64,000 nucleotides of DNA from Eledone cirrhosa. Taxonomy: Eukaryota. This document shows positions 47,401 through 62,400 of the stretch, piece by piece (the stretch's first letter is position 1; every line of letters starts with the position of its first letter). The notes beneath the pieces are model-generated. The model had not been told where the DNA came from and searched no databases. It worked only from the letters and a program-made list of their open reading frames with translations. The translations under genes and the position numbers were made by a program. The DNA lies in assembly GCA_964016885.1 (NCBI GenBank), contig OZ024740.1, forward strand, positions 171,554,001 to 171,618,000, read 5' to 3'.

Positions 47401-50400
47401 ATGATAGAAGCAAGATTATGTACAAAAAAGATTATGGTGATAGAGTGATGATAGAAGCAAGATTATGTACAGAAAATATCATGTGATAGAGTGATGATAG
47501 AAGCAAGATTATTTGCAGAAAATATCATGTGATAGAGTGAAGATAGAAGCAAGATTATGTACAGAAAAGATTATGGTGATAGAGTGATGATAGAAGCAAG
47601 ATTATGTACAGAAAATATCATATGATAGAGTGATGATAGAAGCAAGATTATGTACAGAAAATATCATGTGATAGAGTGATGATAGAAGCAAGATTAAGTA
47701 CAGAAAATATCATGTGATAGAGTGATGATAGAAGCAAGATTAAGTACAGAAAAGATTATGGTGATAGAGTGATGATAGAAGCAAGATTATGTACAGAAAA
47801 TATCATGTAATAGAGTGATGATAGAAGCAAGATTATTTACAGAAATGATTATGGTGATAGAGTGATGATAGAAGCAAGATTATGTACAGAAAATATCATG
47901 TGATAGAGTGATGATAGAAGCAAGATTATGTACAGAAAATATCATGTGATAGAGTGATGATAGAAGCAAGATTAAGTACAGAAAATATCATTTGATAGAG
48001 TGATGATAGAAGCAAGATTATGTACAGAAAAGATTATGGTGATAGAGTGATGATAGAAGCAAGAATATGTACAGAAAATATCATGTGATAGAGTGATGAT
48101 AGAAGCAAGATTATGTACAGAAAATATCATGTGATAGAGTGATGATAGAAGCAAGATTATGTACAGAAAATATCATGTGATAGAGTGATGATAGAAGCAA
48201 GATTATGTACAGAAAAGATTATGGTGATAGAGTGATGATAGAAGCAAGATTAAGTACAGACAATATCATGTGATAGAGTGATGATAGAAGCAAGATTATG
48301 TACAGAAAAGATTATGGTGATAGAGTGATGATAGAAGCAAGATTAAGTACAGAAAATATCATGTGATAGAGTGATGATAGAAGCAAGATTATGTACAGAA
48401 AAGATTATGGTGATAGAGTGATGATAGAAGCAAGATTATGTACAGAAAAGATTATGGTGATAGAGTGATGATAGAAGCAAGATTATGTACAGAAAAGATT
48501 ATGGTGATAGAGTGATGATAGAAGCAAGATTATGTACAGAAAATATCATGTGATAGAGTGATGATAGAAGCAAGATTATGTACAGAAAAGATTATGGTGA
48601 TAGAGTGATGATAGAAGCAAGATTATGTACAGAAAAAATCATGTGATAGAGTGATGATAGAAGTAAGATTAAATACAGAAAATATCATGTGATAGAGTGA
48701 TGATAGAAGCAAGATTATGTACAGAAAAGATTATGGTGATAGAGTGATGATAGAAGCAAGATTATGTACAGAAAATATCATGTGATAGAGTGATGATAGA
48801 AGCAAGATTATGTACAGAAAATATCATGTGATAGAGTGATGATACAAGTAAGATTAAGTACAGAAAATATCATGTGATAGAGTGATGATAGAAGCAAGAT
48901 TATGTACAGAAAAGATTATGGTGATAGAGTGATGATAGAAGCAAGATTATGTACAGAAAAGATTATGGTGATAGAGTGATGATAGAAGCAAGATTATGTA
49001 CAGAAAATATCATGTGATAGAGTGATGATAGAAGCAAGATTATGTACAGAAAATATCATGTGATAGAGTGATGATAGAAGCAAGATTATGCACAGAAAAT
49101 ATCATGTGATAGAGTGATGATAGAAGCAAGATTATGTACAGAAAAGATTATGGTGATAGAGTGATGATAGAAGCAAGATTATGTACAGAAAATATCATGT
49201 GATAGAGTGATGATAGAAGCAAGATTATGTACAGAAAAGATTATGGTGATAGAGTGATGATAGAAGCAAGATTATGTACAGAAAATATCATGTGATAGAG
49301 TGATGATAGAAGCAAGATTATGTACAGAAAATATGATGGTGATAGAGTGATGATAGAAGCAAGATTATGTACAGAAAATATCATGTGATAGAGTGATGAG
49401 AGAAGCAAGATTATGTACAGAAAAGATTATGGTGATAGAGTGATGATAGAAGCAAGATCATGTACAGAAAATATCATGTGATAGAGTGATGATAGAAGCA
49501 AGATTATGTACAAAAAAGATTATGGTGATAGAGTGATGATAGAAGCAAGATTATGTACAGAAAATATCATGTGATAGAGTGATGATAGAAGCAAGATTAT
49601 TTGCAGAAAATATCATGTGATAGAGTGAAGATAGAAGCAAGATTATGTACAGAAAAGATTATGGTGATAGAGTGATGATAGAAGCAAGATTATGTACAGA
49701 AAATATCATATGATAGAGTGATGATAGAAGCAAGATTATGTACAGAAAATATCATGTGATAGAGTGATGATAGAAGCAAGATTAAGTACAGAAAATATCA
49801 TGTGATAGAGTGATGATAGAAGCAAGATTAAGTACAGAAAAGATTATGGTGATAGAGTGATGATAGAAGCAAGATTATGTACAGAAAATATCATGTAATA
49901 GAGTGATGATAGAAGCAAGATTATTTACAGAAATGATTATGGTGATAGAGTGATGATAGAAGCAAGATTATGTACAGAAAATATCATGTGATAGAGTGAT
50001 GATAGAAGCAAGATTATGTACAGAAAATATCATGTGATAGAGTGATGATAGAAGCAAGATTAAGTACAGAAAATATCATTTGATAGAGTGATGATAGAAG
50101 CAAGATTATGTACAGAAAAGATTATGGTGATAGAGTGATGATAGAAGCAAGAATATGTACAGAAAATATCATGTGATAGAGTGATGATAGAAGCAAGATT
50201 ATGTACAGAAAATATCATGTGATAGAGTGATGATAGAAGCAAGATTATGTACAGAAAATATCATGTGATAGAGTGATGATAGAAGCAAGATTATGTACAG
50301 AAAAGATTATGGTGATAGAGTGATGATAGAAGCAAGATTAAGTACAGACAATATCATGTGATAGAGTGATGATAGAAGCAAGATTATGTACAGAAAAGAT

Positions 50401-53400
50401 TATGGTGATAGAGTGATGATAGAAGCAAGATTAAGTACAGAAAATATCATGTGATAGAGTGATGATAGAAGCAAGATTATGTACAGAAAAGATTATGGTG
50501 ATAGAGTGATGATAGAAGCAAGATTATGTACAGAAAAGATTATGGTGATAGAGTGATGATAGAAGCAAGATTATGTACAGAAAAGATTATGGTGATAGAG
50601 TGATGATAGAAGCAAGATTATGTACAGAAAATATCATGTGATAGAGTGATGATAGAAGCAAGATTATGTACAGAAAAGATTATGGTGATAGAGTGATGAT
50701 AGAAGCAAGATTATGTACAGAAAAAATCATGTGATAGAGTGATGATAGAAGTAAGATTAAATACAGAAAATATCATGTGATAGAGTGATGATAGAAGCAA
50801 GATTATGTACAGAAAAGATTATGGTGATAGAGTGATGATAGAAGCAAGATTATGTACAGAAAATATCATGTGATAGAGTGATGATAGAAGCAAGATTATG
50901 TACAGAAAATATCATGTGATAGAGTGATGATACAAGTAAGATTAAGTACAGAAAATATCATGTGATAGAGTGATGATAGAAGCAAGATTATGTACAGAAA
51001 AGATTATGGTGATAGAGTGATGATAGAAGCAAGATTATGTACAGAAAAGATTATGGTGATAGAGTGATGATAGAAGCAAGATTATGTACAGAAAATATCA
51101 TGTGATAGAGTGATGATAGAAGCAAGATTATGTACAGAAAATATCATGTGATAGAGTGATGATAGAAGCAAGATTATGCACAGAAAATATCATGTGATAG
51201 AGTGATGATAGAAGCAAGATTATGTACAGAAAAGATTATGGTGATAGAGTGATGATAGAAGCAAGATTATGTACAGAAAATATCATGTGATAGAGTGATG
51301 ATAGAAGCAAGATTATGTACAGAAAAGATTATGGTGATAGAGTGATGATAGAAGCAAGATTATGTACAGAAAATATCATGTGATAGAGTGATGATAGAAG
51401 CAAGATTATGTACAGAAAAGATTATGGTGATAGAGTGATGATAGAAGCAAGATTATGTACAGAAAAGATTATGGTGATAGAGTGATGATAGAAGGAAGAT
51501 TATGTACAGAAAAGATTATGGTGATAGAGTGATGATAGAAGCAAGATTATGTACAGAAAAGATTATGGTGATAGAGTGATGATAGAACAAGATTATGTAC
51601 AGAAAAGATTATGGTGATAGAGTGATGATAGAATCAAGATTATGTACAGAAAAGATTATGGTGATAGAGTGATGATAGAAGCAAGATTATGTACAGAAAA
51701 TATCATGTGATAGAGTGATGATAGAAGCAAGATTATGTACAGAAAATATCATGTGATAGAGTGATGATACAAGTAAGATTAAGTACAGAAAATATCATGT
51801 GATAGAGTGATGATAGAAGCAAGATTATGTACAGAAAAGATTATGGTGATAGAGTGATGATAGAAGCAAGATTATGTACAGAAAAGATTATGGTGATAGA
51901 GTGATGATAGAAGCAACATTATGTACAGAAAATATCATGTGATAGAGTGATGATAGAAGCAAGATTACGTACAGAAAATATCATGTGATAGAGTGATGAT
52001 AGAAGCAAGATTATGCACAGAAAATATCATGTGATAGAGTGATGATAGAAGCAAGATTATGTACAGAAAAGATTATGGTGATAGAGTGATGATAGAAGCA
52101 AGATTATGTACAGAAAATATCATGTGATAGAGTGATGATAGAAGCAAGATTATGTACAGAAAAGATTATGGTGATAGAGTGATGATAGAAGCAAGATTAT
52201 GTACAGAAAATATCATTTGATAGAGTGATGATAGAAGCAAGATTATGTACAGAAAAGATTATGGTGATAGAGTGATGATAGAAACAAGATTATGTACAGA
52301 AAAGATTATGGTGATAGAGTGATGATAGAAGGAAGATTATGTACAGAAAAGGTTATGGTGATAGAGTGATGATAGAAGCAAGATTATGTACAGAAAAGAT
52401 TATGGTGATAGAGTGATGATAGAACAAGATTATGTACAGAAAAGATTATGGTGATAGAGTGATGATAGAATCAAGATTATGTACAGAAAAGATTATGGTG
52501 ATAGAGTGATAATAGAAGCAAGATTATGTACAGAAAAGATTATGGTGATAGAGTGATGATAGAAGCAAGATTATGTACAGAAAAGATTATGGTGATAGAG
52601 TGATGATAGAAGCAAGATTATGTACAGAAAATATCATGTGATAGAGTGATGATAGAAGCAAGATTATGTACAGAAAAGATTATGGTGATAGAGTGATGAT
52701 AGAAGCAAGATGATGTACAGAAAAGATTATGGTGATAGAGTGATGATAGAAGCAAGATTATGTACAGAAAATATCATGTGATAGAGTGATGATAGAAGCA
52801 AGATTAAGTACAGAAAATATCATGTGATAGAGTGATGATAGAAGCAAGATTATGTACAGAAAATATCATGTGATAGAGTGATGATAGAAGCAAGATTAAG
52901 TACAGAAAAGATTATGGTGATAGAGTGATGATAGAAGCAAGATTATGTACAGAAAAGATTATGGTGATAGAGTGATGATAGAAGCAAGATTATGTACAGA
53001 AAATATCATGTGATAGAGTGATGATAGAAGCAAGATTATGTACAGAAAATATCATGTGATAGAGTGATGATAGAAGTAAGATTAAGTACAGAAAATATCA
53101 TGTGATAGAGTGATGATAGAAGCAAGATTATGTACAGAAAAGATTATGGTGATAGAGTGATGATAGAAGCAAGATTATGTACAGAAAAGATTATGGTGAT
53201 AGAGTGATGATAGAAGCAAGATTATGTACAGAAAATATCATGTGATAGAGTGATGATAGAAGCAAGATTATGTACAGAAAATATCATGTGATAGAGTGAT
53301 GATAGAAGCAAGATTATGCACAGAAAATATCATGTGATAGAGTGATGATAGAAGCAAGATTATGTACAGAAAAGATTATGGTGATAGAGTGATGATAGAA

Positions 53401-56400
53401 GCAAGATTATGTACAGAAAATATCATGTGATAGAGTGATGATAGAAGCAAGATTATGTACTGAAAAGATTATGGTGATAGAGTGATGATAGAAGCAAGAT
53501 TATGTACAGAAAAGATTATGGTGATAGAGTGATGATAGAAGGAAGATTATGTACAGAAAAGATTATGGTGATAGAGTGATGATAGAAGCAAGATTATATA
53601 AAGAAAAGATTATGGTTGATAGAGTGATGATAGAAGCAAGATTATGCACAGAAAATATCATGTGATAGAGTGATGATAGAAGCAAGATTATGTACAGAAA
53701 AGATTATGGTGATAGAGTGATGATAGAAGCAAGATTATGTACAGAAAATATCATGTGATAGAGTGATGATAGAAGCAAGATTATGTACAGAAAAGATTAT
53801 GGTGATAGAGTGATGATAGAAGCAAGATTATGTACAGAAAATATCATGTGATAGAGTGATGATAGAAGCAAGATTATGTACAGAAAAGATTATGGTGATA
53901 GAGTGATGATAGAAGCAAGATTATGTACAGAAAAGATTATGGTGATAGAGTGATGATAGAAGGAGGATTATGTACAGAAAAGATTATGGTGATAGAGTGA
54001 TGATAGAAGCAAGATTATGTACAGAAAAGATTATGGTGATAGAGTGATGATAGAAGCAAGATTATGTACAGAAAATATCATGTGATAGAGTGATGATAGA
54101 AGCAAGATTATGTACAGAAAAGATTATGGTGATAGAGTGATGATAGAAGCAAGATTATGTACAGAAAATATCATGTGCTAGAGTGATGATAGAAGCAAGA
54201 TTATGTACAGAAAAGATTATGGTGATAGAGTGATGATAGAAGCAAGATTATGTACAGAAAATATCATGTGATAGAGTGATGATAGAAGCAAGATTAAGTA
54301 CAGAAAATATCATGTGATAGAGTGATGATAGAAGCAAGATTATGTACAGAAAAGATTATGGTGATAGAGTGATGATAGAAGCAAGATTATGTACAGAAAA
54401 GATTATGGTGATAGAGTGATGATAGAAGCAAGATTATGTACAGAAAATATCATGTGATAGAGTGATGATAGAAGCAAGATTATGTACAGAAAAGATTATG
54501 GTGATAGAGTGATGATAGAAGCAAGATTATGTACAGAAAATATCATGTGATAGAGTGATGATAGAAGCAAGATTAAGTACAGAAAATATCATGTGATAGA
54601 GTGATGATAGAAGCAAGATTATGTACAGAAAATATCATGTGATAGAGTGATGATAGAAGCAAGATTAAGTACAGAAAAGATTATGGTGATAGAGTGATGA
54701 TAGAAGCAAGATTATGTACAGAAAAGATTATGGTGATAGAGTGATGATAGAAGCAAGATTATGTACAGAAAATATCATGTGATAGAGTGATGATAGAAGC
54801 AAGATTATGTACAGAAAATATCATGTGATAGAGTGATGATAGAAGTAAGATTAAGTACAGAAAATATCATGTGATAGAGTGATGATAGAAGCAAGATTAT
54901 GTACAGAAAAGATTATGGTGATAGAGTGATGATAGAAGCAAGATTATGTACAGAAAAGATTATGGTGATAGAGTGATGATAGAAGCAAGATTATGTACAG
55001 AAAATATCATGTGATAGAGTGATGATAGAAGCAAGATTATGTACAGAAAATATCATGTGATAGAGTGATGATAGAAGCAAGATTATGCACAGAAAATATC
55101 ATGTGATAGAGTGATGATAGAAGCAAGATTATGTACAGAAAAGATTATGGTGATAGAGTGATGATAGAAGCAAGATTATGTACAGAAAATATCATGTGAT
55201 AGAGTGATGATAGAAGCAAGATTATGTACAGAAACGATTATGGTGATAGAGTGATGATAGAAGCAAGATTATGTACAGAAAATATCATGTGATAGAGTGA
55301 TGATAGAAGCAAGATTATGTACAGAAAAGATTATGGTGATAGAGTGATGATAGAAGCAAGATTATGTACAGAAAAGATTATGGTGATAGAGTGATGATAG
55401 AAGGAGGATTATGTACAGAAAAGATTATGGTGATAGAGTGATGATAGAAGCAAGATTATGTACAGAAAAGATTATGGTGATAGAGTGATGATAGAAGAAG
55501 ATTATGTACAGAAAAGATTATGGTGATAGAGTGATGATAGAAGCAAGATTATGTACAGAAAAGATTATGGTGTTAGAGTGATAATAGAAGCAAGATTATG
55601 TACAGAAAAGATTATGGTGATAGAGTGATGATAGAAGCAAGATTATGTACAGAAAAGATTATGGTGATAGAGTGATGATAGAAGCAAGATTATGTACAGA
55701 AAATATCATGTGATAGAGTGATGATAGAAGCAAGATTATGTACAGAAAAGATTATGGTGATACAGTGATGATAGAAGCAAGATTATGTACAGAAAATATC
55801 ATGTGATAGAGTGATGATAGAAGCAAGATTATGTACAGAAAAGATTATGGTGATAGAGTGATGATAGAAGCAAGATTATGTACAGAAAATATCATGTGAT
55901 AGAGTGATGATAGAAGCAAGATTATCTACAGAACATATCATGTGATAGAGTGATGACAGAAGCAAGATTATGTACAGAAAATATCATGTGATAGAGTGAT
56001 GATAGAAGCAAGATTATGTACAGAAAATATCATGTGATAGAGTGATGATAAAAGCAAGATTAAGTACAGAAAATATTATGGTGATAGAGTGATGATAGAA
56101 GCAAGATTATGTACAGAAAATATCATGTGATAGAGTGATGATAGAAGCAAGATTATGTACAGAAAAGATTATGGTGATAGAGTGATGATAGAAGCAAGAT
56201 TATGTACAGAAAATATCATGTGATAGAGTGATGATAGAAGCAAGATTATGTACAGAAAAGATTATGGTGATAGAGTGATGATAGAAGCAAGATTATGTAC
56301 AGAAAATATCATGTGATAGAGTGATGATAGAAGCAAGATTAAGCACAGAAAATATCATGTGATAGAGTGATGATAGAAGCAAGATTATGTACAGAAAATA

Positions 56401-59400
56401 TCATGTGATAGAGTGATGATAGAAGCAAGATTAAGTACAGAAAAGATTATGGTGATAGAGTGATGATAGAAGCAAGATTATGTACAGAAAAGATTATGGT
56501 GATAGAGTGATGATAGAAGCAAGATTATGTACAGAAAATATCATGTGATAGAGTGATGATAGAAGCAAGATTATGTACAGAAAATATCATGTGATAGAGT
56601 GATGATAGAAGTAAGATTAAGTACAGAAAATATCATGTGATAGAGTGATGATAGAAGCAAGATTATGTACAGAAAAGATTATGGTGATAGAGTGATGATA
56701 GAAGCAAGATTATGTACAGAAAAGATTATGGTGATAGAGTGAAGATAGAAGCAAGATTATGTACAGAAAATATCATGTGATAGAGTGATGATAGAAGCAA
56801 GATTATGTACAGAAAATATCATGTGATAGAGTGATGATAGAAGCAAGATTATGCACAGAAAATATCATGTGATAGAGTGATGATAGAAGCAAGATTATGT
56901 ACAGAAAAGATTATGGTGATAGAGTGATGATAGAAGCAAGATTATGTACAGAAAATATCATGTGATAGAGTGATGATAGAAGCAAGATTATGTACAGAAA
57001 AGATTATGGTGATAGAGTGATGATAGAAGCAAGATTATGTACAGAAAAGATTATGGTGATAGAGTGATAATAGAAGGAAGATTATGTACAGAAAAGATTA
57101 TGGTGATAGAGTGATGATAGAAGCAAGATTATGTAAAGAAAAGATTATGGTGATAGAGTGATGATAGAACAAGATTATGTACAGAAAAGATTATGGTGAT
57201 AGAGTGATGATAGAAGCAAGATTATGTACAGAAAAGATTATGGTGATAGAGTGATGATAGAAGCAAGATTAAGTACAGAAAATATCATGTAATAGAGTGA
57301 TGATAGAAGCAAGATTATGTACAGAAAAGATTATGGTGATAGAGTGATGATAGAAGCAAGATTAAGTACAGAAAATATCATGTGATAGAGTGGTGATAGA
57401 AGCAAGATTATGTACAGAAAAGATTATGTGATAGAGTGATGATAGAAGCAAGATTATGTACAGAAAAGATTATGGTGATAGAGTGATGATAGAAGCAAGA
57501 TTATGTACAGAAAATATCATGTGATAGAGTGATGATAGAAGCAAGATTATGTACAGAAAAGATTATGGTGATAGAGTGATGATAGAAGCAAGATTATGTA
57601 CAGAAAATATCATGTGATAGAGTGATGATAGAAGCAAGATTATGTACAGAAAAGATTATGGTGATAGAGTGATGATAGAAGCAAGATTATGTACAGAAAA
57701 TATCATGTGATAGAGTGATGATAGAAGCAAGATTAAGTACAGAAAATATCATGTGATAGAGTGATGATAGAAGCAAGATTATGTACAGAAAATATCATGT
57801 GATAGAGTGATGATAGAAGCAAGATTAAGTACAGAAAAGATTATGGTGATAGAGTGATGATAGAAGCAAGATTATGTACAGAAAAGATTATGGTGATAGA
57901 GTGATGATAGAAGCAAGATTATGTACAGAAAATATCATGTGATAGATTGATGATAGAAGCAAGATTATGTACAGAAAATATCATGTGATAGAGTGATGAT
58001 AGAAGTAAGATTAAGTACAGAAAATATCATGTGATAGAGTGATGATAGAAGCAAGATTATGTACAGAAAAGATTATGGTGATAGAGTGATGATAGAAGCA
58101 AGATTATGTACAGAAAATATCATGTGATAGAGTGATGATAGAAGCAAGATTATGTACAGAAAATATCATGTGATAGAGCGATGATAGAAGCAAGATTATG
58201 CACAGAAAATATCATGTGATAGAGTGATGATAGAAGCAAGATTATGTACAGAAAAGATGATGGTGATAGAGTGATGATAGAAGCAAGATTATGTACAGAA
58301 AATATCATGTGATAGTGTGATGATAGAAGCAAGATTATGTACAGAAAAGATTATGGTGATAGAGTGATGATAGAAGCAAGATTATGTACAGAAATGATTA
58401 TGGTGATAGAGTGATGATAGAAGCAAGATTATGTACAGAAAATATCATGTGATAGAGTGATGATAGAAGCAAGATTATGTACAGAAAAGATTATGGTGAT
58501 AGAGTGATGATAGAAGCAAGATTATGTACAGAAAAGATTATGGTGATAGAGTGATGATAGAAGCAAGATTATGTACAGAAAAGATTATGGTGATAGAGTG
58601 ATGATAGAAGCAAGATTATGTACAGAAAAGATTATGGTGATAGAGTGATGATAGAACAAGATTATGTACAGAAAAGATTATTGTGATAGAGTGATGATAG
58701 AAGCAAGATTATGTACAGAAAAGATTATGGTGATAGAGTGATGATAGAAGCAAGATTAAGTACAGAAAATATCAATCATGTGATAGAGTGATGATAGAAG
58801 CAAGATTATGTACAGAAAAGATTATTGTGATAGAGTGATGATAGAAGCAAGATTAAGTACAGAAAATATCTTGTGATAGAGTGGTGATAGAAGCAAGATT
58901 ATGTACAGAAAAATTATGTGATAGAGTGATGATAGAAGCAAGATTATGTACAGAAAAGATTATGGTGATAGAGTGATGATAGAAGCAAGATTATGTACAG
59001 AAAATATCATGTGATAGAGTGATGATAGAAGCAAGATTATGTACAGAAAAGATTATGGTGATAGAGTGATGATAGAAGCAAGATTATGTACAGAAAATAT
59101 CATGTGATAGAGTGATGATAGAAGCAAGATTAAGTACAGAAAATATCATGTGATAGAGTGATGATAGAAGCAAGATTATGTACAGAAAATATCATGTGAT
59201 AGAGTGATGATAGAAGCAAGATTAAGTACAGAAAAGATTATGGTGATAGAGTGATGATAGAAGCAAGATTATGTACAGAAAAGATTATGGTGATTGAGTG
59301 ATGATAGAAGCAAGATTATGTACAGAAAATATCATGTGATAGAGTGATGATAGAAGCAAGATTATGTACAGAAAATATCATGTGATAGAGTGATGATAGA

Positions 59401-62400
59401 AGTAAGATTAAGTACAGAAAATATCATGTGATAGAGTGATGATCGAAGGAAGATTATGTACAGAAAAGATTATGGTGATAGAGTGATGATAGAAGCAAGA
59501 TTATGTACAGAAAATATCATGTGATAGAGTGATGATAGAAGCAAGATTATTTACAGAAAATATCATGTGATAGAGTGATGATAGAAGCAAGATTATGCAC
59601 AGAAAATATCATGTGATAGAGTGATGATAGAAGCAAGATTATGTACAGAAAAGATGATGGTGATAGAGTGATGATAGAAGCAAGATTATGTACAGAAAAT
59701 ATCATGTGATAGTGTGATGATAGAAGCAAGATTATGTACAGAAAAGATTATGGTGATAGAGTGATGATAGAAGCAAGATTATGTACAGAAATGATTATGG
59801 TGATAGAGTGATGATAGAAGCAAGATTATGTACAGAAAATATCATGTGATAGAGTGATGATAGAAGCAAGATTATGTACAGAAATGATTATGGTGATAGA
59901 GTGATGATAGAAGCAAGATTATGTACAGAAAAGATTATGGTGATAGAGTGATGATAGAAGCAAGATTATGTACAGAAAAGATTATGGTGATAGAGTGATG
60001 ATAGAAGCAAGATTATGTACAGAAAAGATTATGGTGATAGAGTGATGATAGAACAAGATTATGTACAGAAAAGATTATTGTGATAGAGTGATGATAGAAG
60101 CAAGATTATGTACAGAAAAGATTATGGTGATAGAGTGATGATAGAAGCAAGATTAAGTACAGAAAATATCAATCATGTGATAGAGTGATGATAGAAGCAA
60201 GATTATGTACAGAAAAGATTATTGTGATAGAGTGATGATAGAAGCAAGATTAAGTACAGAAAATATCTTGTGATAGAGTGGTGATAGAAGCAAGATTATG
60301 TACAGAAAAATTATGTGATAGAGTGATGATAGAAGCAAGATTATGTACAGAAAATATTATGGTGATAGAGTGATGATAGAAGCAAGATTATGTACAGAAA
60401 ATATCATGTGATAGAGTGATGATAGAAGCAAGATTATGTACAGAAAAGATTATGGTGATAGAGTGATGATAGAAGCAAGATTATGTACAGAAAATATCAT
60501 GTGATAGAGTGATGATAGAAGCAAGATTAAGTACAGAAAAGATTATGGTGATAGAGTGATGATAGAAGCAAGATTATGTACAGAAAATATCATGTGATAG
60601 AGTGATGATAGAAGCAAGATTATGTACAGAAAAGATTATGGTGATAGAATGATGATAGAAGCAAGATTATGTACAGAAAATATCATGTGATAGAGTGATG
60701 ATAGAAGCAAGATTATGTACAGAAAAGATTATGGTGATAGAGTGATGATAGAAGCAAGATTATGTACAGAAAATATCATGTGATAGAGTGATGATAGAAG
60801 CAAGATTAAGTACAGAAAATATCATGTGATAGAGTGATGATAGAAGCAAGATTATGTACAGAAAATATCATGTGATAGAGTGATGATAGAAGCAAGATTA
60901 AGTACAGAAAAGATTATGGTGATTGAGTGATGATAGAAGCAAGATTATGTACAGAAAAGATTATGGTGATAGAGTGATGATAGAAGCAAGATTATGTACA
61001 GAAAATATCATGTGATAGAGTGATGATAGAAGCAAGATTATGTACAGAAAATATCATGTGATAGAGTGATGATAGAAATAAGATTAAGTACAGAAAATAT
61101 CATGTGATAGAGTGATGATAAAAGCAATATTATGTACAGAAAAGATTATGGTGATAGAGTGATGATAGAAGCAAGATTATGTACAGAAAAGATTATGGTG
61201 ATAGAGTGATGATAGAAGCAAGATTATGTACAGAAAATATCATGTGATAGAGTGATGATAGAAGCAAGATTATGTACAGAAAATATCATGTGATAGAGTG
61301 ATGATAGAAGGAAGATTATGCACAGAAAATATCATGTGATAGAGTGATGATAGAAGCAAGATTATGTACAGAAAAGATTATGGTGATAGAGTGATGATAG
61401 AAGCAAGATTATGTACAGAAAATATCATGTGATAGAGTGATGATAGAAGCAAGATTATGTACAGAAAAGATTATGGTGATAGAGTGAAGATAGAAGCAAG
61501 ATTATGTACAGAAAAGATTATGGTGATAGAGTGATGATAGAAGCAAGATTATGTACAGAAAATATCACGTGATAGAGTGATGATAGAAGCAAGATTATGT
61601 ACAGAAAAGATTATGGTGATAGAGTGATGATAGAAGCAAGATTAAGTACAGAAAATATCATGTGATAGAGTGGTGATAGAAGCAAGATTATGTACAGAAA
61701 AGATTATGTGATAGAGTGATGATAGAAGCAAGATTATGTACAGAAAAGATTATGGTGATAGAGTGATGTTAGAAGCAAGATTATGTACAGAAAATATCAT
61801 GTGATAGAGTGATGATAGAAGCAAGATTATGTACAGAAAATATCATGTGATAGAGTGATGATAGAAGCAAGATTATGTACAGAAAAGATTATGGTGATAG
61901 AGTGATGATAGAAGAAAGATTATGTACAGAAAATATCATGTGATAGAGTGATGATAGAAGCAAGATTATGTACAGAAAATATCATGTGATAGAGTGATGA
62001 TAGAAGCAAGATTATGTACAGAAAAGATTATGGTGATAGAGTGATGATAGAACAAGATTATGTACAGAAAAGATTATTGTGATAGAGTGATGATAGAAGC
62101 AAGATTATGTACAGAAAAGATTATGGTGATAGAGTGATGATAGAAGCAAGATTAAGTACAGAAAATATCAATCATGTGATAGAGTGATGATAGAAGCAAG
62201 ATTATGTACAGAAAAGATTATTGTGATAGAGTGATGATAGAAGCAAGATTAAGTACAGAAAATATCTTGTGATAGAGTGGTGATAGAAGCAAGATTATGT
62301 ACAGAAAAATTATGTGATAGAGTGATGATAGAAGCAAGATTATGTACAGAAAAGATTATGGTGATAGAGTGATGATAGAAGCAAGATTATGTACAGAAAA